The notes under the pieces were generated by a model that was given only the letters and a program-made list of their open reading frames with translations, searched no databases and was not told the origin of the DNA. Both the position numbers and the translations under genes were made by a program. DNA of 64,000 nt from Vicugna vicugna. Taxonomy: Eukaryota. Location: positions 387,513 through 451,512 of the forward strand of contig MU057989.1 in NCBI GenBank assembly GCA_013265495.1, in the 5' to 3' direction. Of this stretch, positions 50,000 through 64,000 are shown one piece after another; position 1 is the first letter of the stretch; each line of letters opens with the position of its first letter.

Positions 50000-50265
50000 T
50001 TATATTTGAGACTTTGATTTCTCTTCAGTAGAGATTTTACTTAATTTGAAACAAGACTCAGTTTTTCCACTGCTTGAAGAAATTTAAAAGGTTTCTCTAC
50101 TGGTATTTCTGATCCCTTGTTTCCCATAAATCCTTCTGTTGGTAAACTCTTCTGTAGCTCTGTGCCCTCAAATATTCTTTTCAAGTCGTCCTGGTGCTGT
50201 CCAATGCCATTCCATGTCTTTAGGAATGTCCTAATCTAGATTAATTCCATGGTTCCCATTCCAGA
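50000..50265 (-). pseudogene. Possible decayed terminal exon of a SCAN/KRAB-ZNF gene upstream of the TIGD7 ATG
   Basis: Reads GCVSGMGTMELI*/DIPKDMEWHWTAPGRLEKNI/GTELQKSL..EG...PVEKPFKFLQ/SGKT...TEEKS, resembling a ZNF spacer plus GEKPFKC..CGK and TEEKP linkers. Confidence 0.35.
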
Positions 50266-52329
50266 TACACAACCTCATGGGAAATAACAAAAACTGCCAC
50301 TTTTATCCATTCCAGGTGCTATGAAGAAAGAAAAGTATGTCAGAGAAATAAGAAAAATGATTGGTATTTCAGTGATTCTCCCTCTCCTTTAGGGCAGAGC
50401 CTGACTGACTTTCATTTATTTTTCAACTACACAGAATTCTCAAAATCCTCTCATCTAGAAACCCAGAGTCCATTAGTTTTCCCCTAACAATTGTTGCAAG
50501 AAATGTCAACTGGTTCATGGAGTACTAAGAGGAACATGAAAGAATACAATAGTTAATAAAGTGTGGAGCCAGTGACAGGCTAAAATCAAGCAACCTTCTA
50601 CAGGAAGCACCTCTGATTAAGGCAATTACTATCGTAAACAGAAAAAGGAAAGAGTGTTTATTAGCCAAAAGCGGCAGCCTTAAATCCAGCCAGTCACCCA
50701 GCAAAAACATTTAGTCCCCTAAGGCAGTTGAGTGGTGTCTCAGAATAAACTGCTTGCGTTTGTTTTGTTTCACGCTGTACATTCATCATTTCTCAAACTG
50801 TGCCCAGGAAGAGGAAGGTGAAATCAAAAGAAAAGACTGAGGGGACTTTTGTGGGCACCACAGCAAGAGTAAGCAACTATGGCACCAAACTTCAGACAAT
50901 GAACATTATCCGGGGCCCACATTCACTATTCCCCACTTTGTACCTTGCTTCTTCTTCTTCCTTTCAGAGGGTTTCTTCTTCCACTTTCTTCTCCCCTTGT
51001 TCACTAACCAGCTCCCTACTATGTTCAGAATTGGGCCTGCCAGTAACATCCAGGTGCACTACTGGCAGAACTCTATTTACTATTCAACTTAACAAGTTCC
51101 AATTATATGCTCAGCCTTGGGCTGGATGATGAGGATCTCAATGCTTAGAACATTACTATCCACTGGTTCTGAGAGACTGGAAACAAGAGTTACATTTGAA
51201 GAAACTAAATACCAACCTGAGATTTTAAAGAAATGAACCTGCTTTGAAACATATTCAAGCACCTTAGGCAGATGCTTGTTATTACTGTCACCATTTAATC
51301 CTTTTCTCTCAAAAAGATCTGTGCCTCGTAGGAGTGTAACACCAGTCTATTTAAAAGCAAAAATAGCATAACGGCCTTGCAGTGGTCTCCCATTTTCATT
51401 CCCACCTTAAACTTAGCCCCAGTTGAAAAGCCTGGAAAGAAGCTTCCTCAAAAACCCTCAAATGGTGTTCATTATTAGTTTATTTATTAAATGCAGTCTC
51501 TTCACTCCCATTCGAAGTACTCCCTAATAGGTCCACAAGAACTTATTTTCTACTTAAGCCCTTTCTCTAAATGTAGCCCTATTATATTTAGCTAATTAGT
51601 AGAGATTCTCTCACATGGTCATCTCTGCAGCTTTCAAGGCTTTGCTCTTAACTCTCCTGGAATGTGACCCTACTCCCTGCTGCGGGCAAACCCCTCAAAG
51701 TCTTGAATAGTCTTCCCCATCCCCAAATCAACTTTCATTTCCTTGGAATTCCCACAGTGATGAGCCTATGTCTTACCCTTTCCTACCTTGTGTTACTGAT
51801 ATTCATGAAACTGCCTCAGTTCTTTTCCTAGATTCCTTGACTCAAAGGCATTGTCCTATTGACTCTGGAACACTGACTACACGTAGTAGACTTAATGAAT
51901 AATCCCTTGACTAGTACCAGCTGACACTATGAAAACACTGACCACTGGAAGAACACTGACAACCCCAAATACTCAGGTTCTTCTAAATATGATTCAGTAA
52001 ATATTTATGGAAAGCCAGTCTTACCCAGGCAACTCTGCCAAACGCTGCAGGACATACAAATGGAAAGTAGGGTCCCATCCTCCGGGAAACACGCTGCGGT
52101 GGGAAAATCAGGACAGAGCACAAAGGGGACCTGAATTCCACTGGAGGACCTGCCACTGGTAAATTACGTGACCCTGAGCAACTCACTTCCAGTCAAGGGA
52201 GCAAGCTCTCAATTCTCTGTGAAGAACTATAAATGGAACCTATTTCACGGGTAAAAACCTACCTCACAGAAAAAAAAAAAAGAAAAGAAAAAGAAGAAAA
52301 GAATCGTGAGCACTTAAATTCCAGAAGTA

Positions 52330-53300
52330 GGTACAAACCCCGCAGGGGCCGTCGTTTCTAACTGGGACAAAACGGCCTCTATTTCGAGAAAGCTGCGCCG
52401 AGCCCGAGATGACAGCTCCGGCTCGGGACCCGACGCGCAGGGACCTCTAGGCTGGCGGGCTTGGAGACTCGGTGGCATTAACTTCTTTCTTGCCACCAGG
52501 GCTGAACAAGGGCAGTCGACCGGTCGTCCAACCACTCCTGGAGCCGCCGCGTTCACGGACTCAGCGGGGCTAAGGTGGTGGTGGGGGCGCCCCGGAAGTG
52601 CGTCTCTTCTGCTTCCGGTTGGAATGCGGGCACTAGACGCCGGCGCAGGAGCCACTCCTGGTGTGGTTGAGGGGGCGGGTGGGCCTGTGAGGTGCTGAGC
52701 CTGTGCCCCAGACCCGGAGCCTCGCTGGGTCCGCCTCTGAGTGACGCAGGGAGAGTGTCCTCCTTATAGCGTCGGCCGGAGGGGCGGCGACTTGCGCTCG
52801 AGTCCAAGGAAGTGGAAGCGGCCTCCACGAAGCCGAGCCGTCTGAGGTAACGGAGAAGCGGCTTCCCCTTCGGCGTTGGCTCCGGGGCTCCCGAGAGACG
52901 CTGGCCGCTGCCCTTAGCCGCTGCAGGACTGGCGGGGGCTGCGCCGACTGTCCTGGGGGAGGCCCGGCGTCAGCCTCCTGAGGCCGCTCTTTCCCGGCTT
53001 TGCGCAGACAGCGCCCGGGCCGCGCGCCCTTAGACCCCGCCCGGTACTGCGGCTCGCACGGTGCTCGCGGGCGCGCGTGTTGGCGGCCCAGAGGCAGGGG
53101 TGGGCAGTAGTGTCCACTTTCCCGCCCCCGCCGGCGTTTGCTTTGCTGGCTGATGTTACCGCCGGGGAACCGGGCAGTCCAGGCTCAGAGAGGTCAGCAT
53201 CTGTTGACGTAAAAGCCCAGGAAGTGTGCCCACGCTTCCTGAGCCAGGTGGGCAAGGAGGTGCCGACCATCTGTGAGTAACGTGGCACCTTGGAAAGAAT
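52330..53300. promoter_or_regulatory. Bidirectional CpG-island promoter shared by TIGD7 (-) and ZNF75A (+)
   Basis: CpG island between divergent genes; opposed ETS/GABP sites CCGGAAGTG ~52592 and CTTCCGG ~52612; candidate first-exon donors at ~52847 and ~53273. Confidence 0.75.
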
Positions 53301-54281
53301 TCCAGTGCCATTTCTGCTGGATCACCTCAGGGAAAGTGAGACTCACAAGGTTCTTCTAGGCTCGCTTAGGGGACTAAGTGACCCTTGAAGAAATGTAGTC
53401 AGCAGAATTTAATCACCACCAACTCCCATTCTCTCCTTCTTTGCAACTTGACAATTGGAGAAACATTTTGTGAACAAAGAGCAGTGTAATTTTTCCTAGG
53501 TCAAGTAAAGAGAAATTTGAAATACAGATACAAATCTTCAGCCCAGTGTCCTTTATTCGTCTTGCAGAGAGATGTCAAGATGAATGTTGAGCAGCTACTT
53601 AATTGAGGGCTGCTTTTTGAAAAGAATAAGGCTCCATTTTCCCTAATTAGTTTCCTTCTACTCTGGTCTCACTATTTCAGCTTTCCTGCCCATATTCATG
53701 TATTGAAAAGAAACACCTGAAATGTTACAGAAAGTGAAGGCTTCCATCTTCCCAAGAGGATGAAAGGTCATAGAAGTTGTACCCCCTTACTAAAGACAGA
53801 AAAATAGGATGATATGTTAAAACCTAAGAGAATCTCAGAACATCCTCTTAATCCTTACCTGGCATGGAGAGGCTGAACTAGGAAGCACATCAATTAAATC
53901 TTTGGATAACCCCAAACATCTTGCAGCTAGTGGGTACTAATTTTCTTACCCACGAAACTTTCCTGATTATTTTTTTTAAAGGCAGAGTCATTTATTGGCA
54001 TTTATTGTCGATGAGCTGTCCTACATTCATCTGATTAATAGAAAGAAAGGGAGAGAAACAAGGGCCTGGCAGTTGATTTTTAAAGTTCATTTTTCTCTCA
54101 TAATAAGTAGGAAGTCTTAAGGTTCATGTGACTTTCTTATTGACATGCACTTTTCTTCTCACTTTAATACCTTAGGAAGAAGATCTTTCTCTTGATTTTG
54201 TGCAGACCGACTTGGCCTCAATTTTCAAAGGTGGCACTAGTGACGTGTCCAACATAGGAGCAGAATTGTTCCTAGAGCAGA

Positions 54282-61674
<7,393 letters not shown>

Positions 61675-64000
61675 AGGGAAGCTTGTTTAGTGTCCTCAGT
61701 CTGAGAAAATTCAAATGAAGTGTTACCCTAAAGTTATGAGAAATACAAAATTATGAAGCATGAAGAATTTTTCATCAGTGAAATTTTTCATCATGAAAAT
61801 TTGGGGATATAAACATATTTCACAGAAGGAATCAAGGTTGACTCTGCAGGGGATGCTTTAGTAGTTGTACTGCTTACTGTTTTTACTAAAAACTTTCAGA
61901 GAATTCCTTAGCAGGAGAGGTGTCCTAAGGATATTCTGAGTGAAGGGAAAAGCTGTTTTGGGATTGTATTTGGCAAAATAGCAAATCCAGTTTCAAATAG
62001 TAGATGCAGCCACGAATTCATCAATCTTCTGTGGTCATAGAGGTGAACGTTGTTGGTTCACATTGATCTCGCCAGCCATTCTTAAATGTACATACAGACA
62101 TTTGAAGCATGGTCTTCCAAAACAAAAAGCAATAATGTGCATGTTTAATTGCATACCATTGTCTTCCAGGTTTACCAATTTCAATAATCTCCTGGGGCAG
62201 ACATAAATTCTAATATAAACCTTTCCAAGAACCAAATTGGATTTTCTTACTCTCTGATCACTGGACGTTGTTCACAAATTTGGACATTGTTCGAGTTCCT
62301 TCTTTAACTTTTTGGCAGTTTTAGCTCTTGAATCCTATTAGTACAATTTTTGCTGTGATGAAATCATATTTTAGCTTCACCAGTAGAATGTACCAGATGA
62401 ATTAATCACTGTTTTATGCCTCTCTGGTGGTGGATGGAAAAAAGAAACCACCTCTAAAAAGTAGATAATATGGAAACGGGTTGGAATCTTTAGCCATGTA
62501 AAGAATGTTCTGCAGTAAAAGAAACTAGACTTTGCTTACGACACAAGGTCAGCTGGAGAAAACAGCCATAAAAATGAGCACTTTTCTGAGGCCTAAATGG
62601 AAACTAATGGGAATTCGGGATCAACTTCTCAGGTTTTTGTCTGTTTGCATTTTAATTTGGTTTTTGTTTGTTATTAACTACAAGAGAGGATCTAGAGTGT
62701 ATGCTGCACCAGGATCATGTGGTTCACTGGGTGATCTGGGAATCCAGTGAGCTGGAGACCAGGTTTCCAAAAGGGAAGATTTGGGAACCGATGCTGAATG
62801 GCAGACAGGGATGGGCAAATGCACGTCTGTGGGGGTTGACTTGCACTGCAGCTGTTAGGCAGCAGGTCATCCTGTCTGTTTCCTCCATCGTGGCATTTAA
62901 CAGCAGCCTTAGGTGACAAATTTGAGAGACTGCTGAAAATCTCTAGGCTGTGGATTTTTCTTGTAACTCACTCTTTTATCTATACTAGTGATTCAGATGT
63001 GTTCCTGCTAGAGCGTTTCTGTATAATCAGGAAAGGAGTTAATTTATCTCTTCCAAATCTCATACTTTATAAACAGCGAACTTAGGGCTCAGAGAGATAC
63101 AGAGGCCTGTTGAGACCCCATAGCTTGTGGGTCTGTTGGCTGTCACTTAGCTTCATCAGTCAGGATGGAAGGCAGGATTAGCAGGACGGATTTGTGTGCT
63201 ATCCCTGCACAGCCAGCCTGTATGTTATATTGTATCTATTTCTAGCTTGTAAAACATGTTTGTTTTCTTGATTCCTTACTGAAACACTCTTAAATCTCCA
63301 TTTTCCCTATAAAGTAGAGATAACACTTAACTCAGGGTTTCTCTGGGGATTAGAGGGATTGATAAAGAAAACACTTGTAACAGTCTGGCCAACAGTTCAG
63401 TCTTAATCAGTGTATATTCCTTCCTTTTCCCTGGGTCCCCGGTGATATGTTGGGTGGACTGACTACTTTCGAGAAGCAGATGCATTTGTGGCTATTGCAG
63501 CTTCTTCCAGGAGCTGAGCACTGGTGGTGGTGTTTTGCTCAGTTGATTTGGTGCTTGGCCTCAGTGCTTTATGGTGTAAGTCACCTGAGCTGTTGGTCTG
63601 GGATCTCAGCAGGATTTCATTTTCTTCCCTAAGATGAACTACCAAGTATTATTTCTTAAGCACAGCCAGCTCGGAAGCTCTGGTCTGCACATCTCTTACC
63701 CAGCACCCTCAGCCTTACACCCCTGGGACTCTGTCTCTTTTCCCAAGACATACTTGTGGATTTCCTGCTGGTAATACATCCATTCATTCAGTTTAATGAG
63801 GGACCATTATGTGCCCAGGTACTCTTCTAAACTAAGGCTATAGTAGTGGATAAGCAGACAAAAATGTATATCCTCATGAAGCTTGTATCCTAGTGAACAG
63901 TAAAAAGGGTGTGGTTGTAGGTTTTTGCTCCTTTCAAAGAGTTAGACAGGGTCCTGAGATAGTTTTGAGCAATGGGTTGTGAACAGAAGTCTCACTTCTG

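Overview
Mammalian genomic DNA, probably a camelid (inferred from tRNA-Ala(AGC)-derived SINEs with an AATAAACCTAATTACCTCCC tail and the young L1 3' end). The gene order matches human 16p13.3: ZNF200 (-, first three coding exons), MEFV/pyrin (-), ZNF263 (+), TIGD7 (-) and ZNF75A (+). CpG-island promoters and LINE/SINE/LTR/DNA-transposon fragments lie between the genes. Main points: (1) MEFV exons 1-9 are open, but a TGA sits 1 nt before the last splice junction and the B30.2/SPRY exon is decayed, predicting a ~673-aa B30.2-less pyrin that should escape NMD. (2) ZNF75A carries a ~1.6-kb tandem duplication that adds a second intact, in-frame KRAB-A module. (3) TIGD7 has a frameshift that puts its still-open C-terminal ~78 codons out of frame. 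(4) A ~160-bp, ~95%-identical inverted repeat and a composite SINE with an inverted head lie downstream of an orphan promoter 5' of MEFV. (5) There are several decayed ZNF and Myb/SANT relics. Gene identities and human comparisons come from recalled protein sequences; no database search was run.
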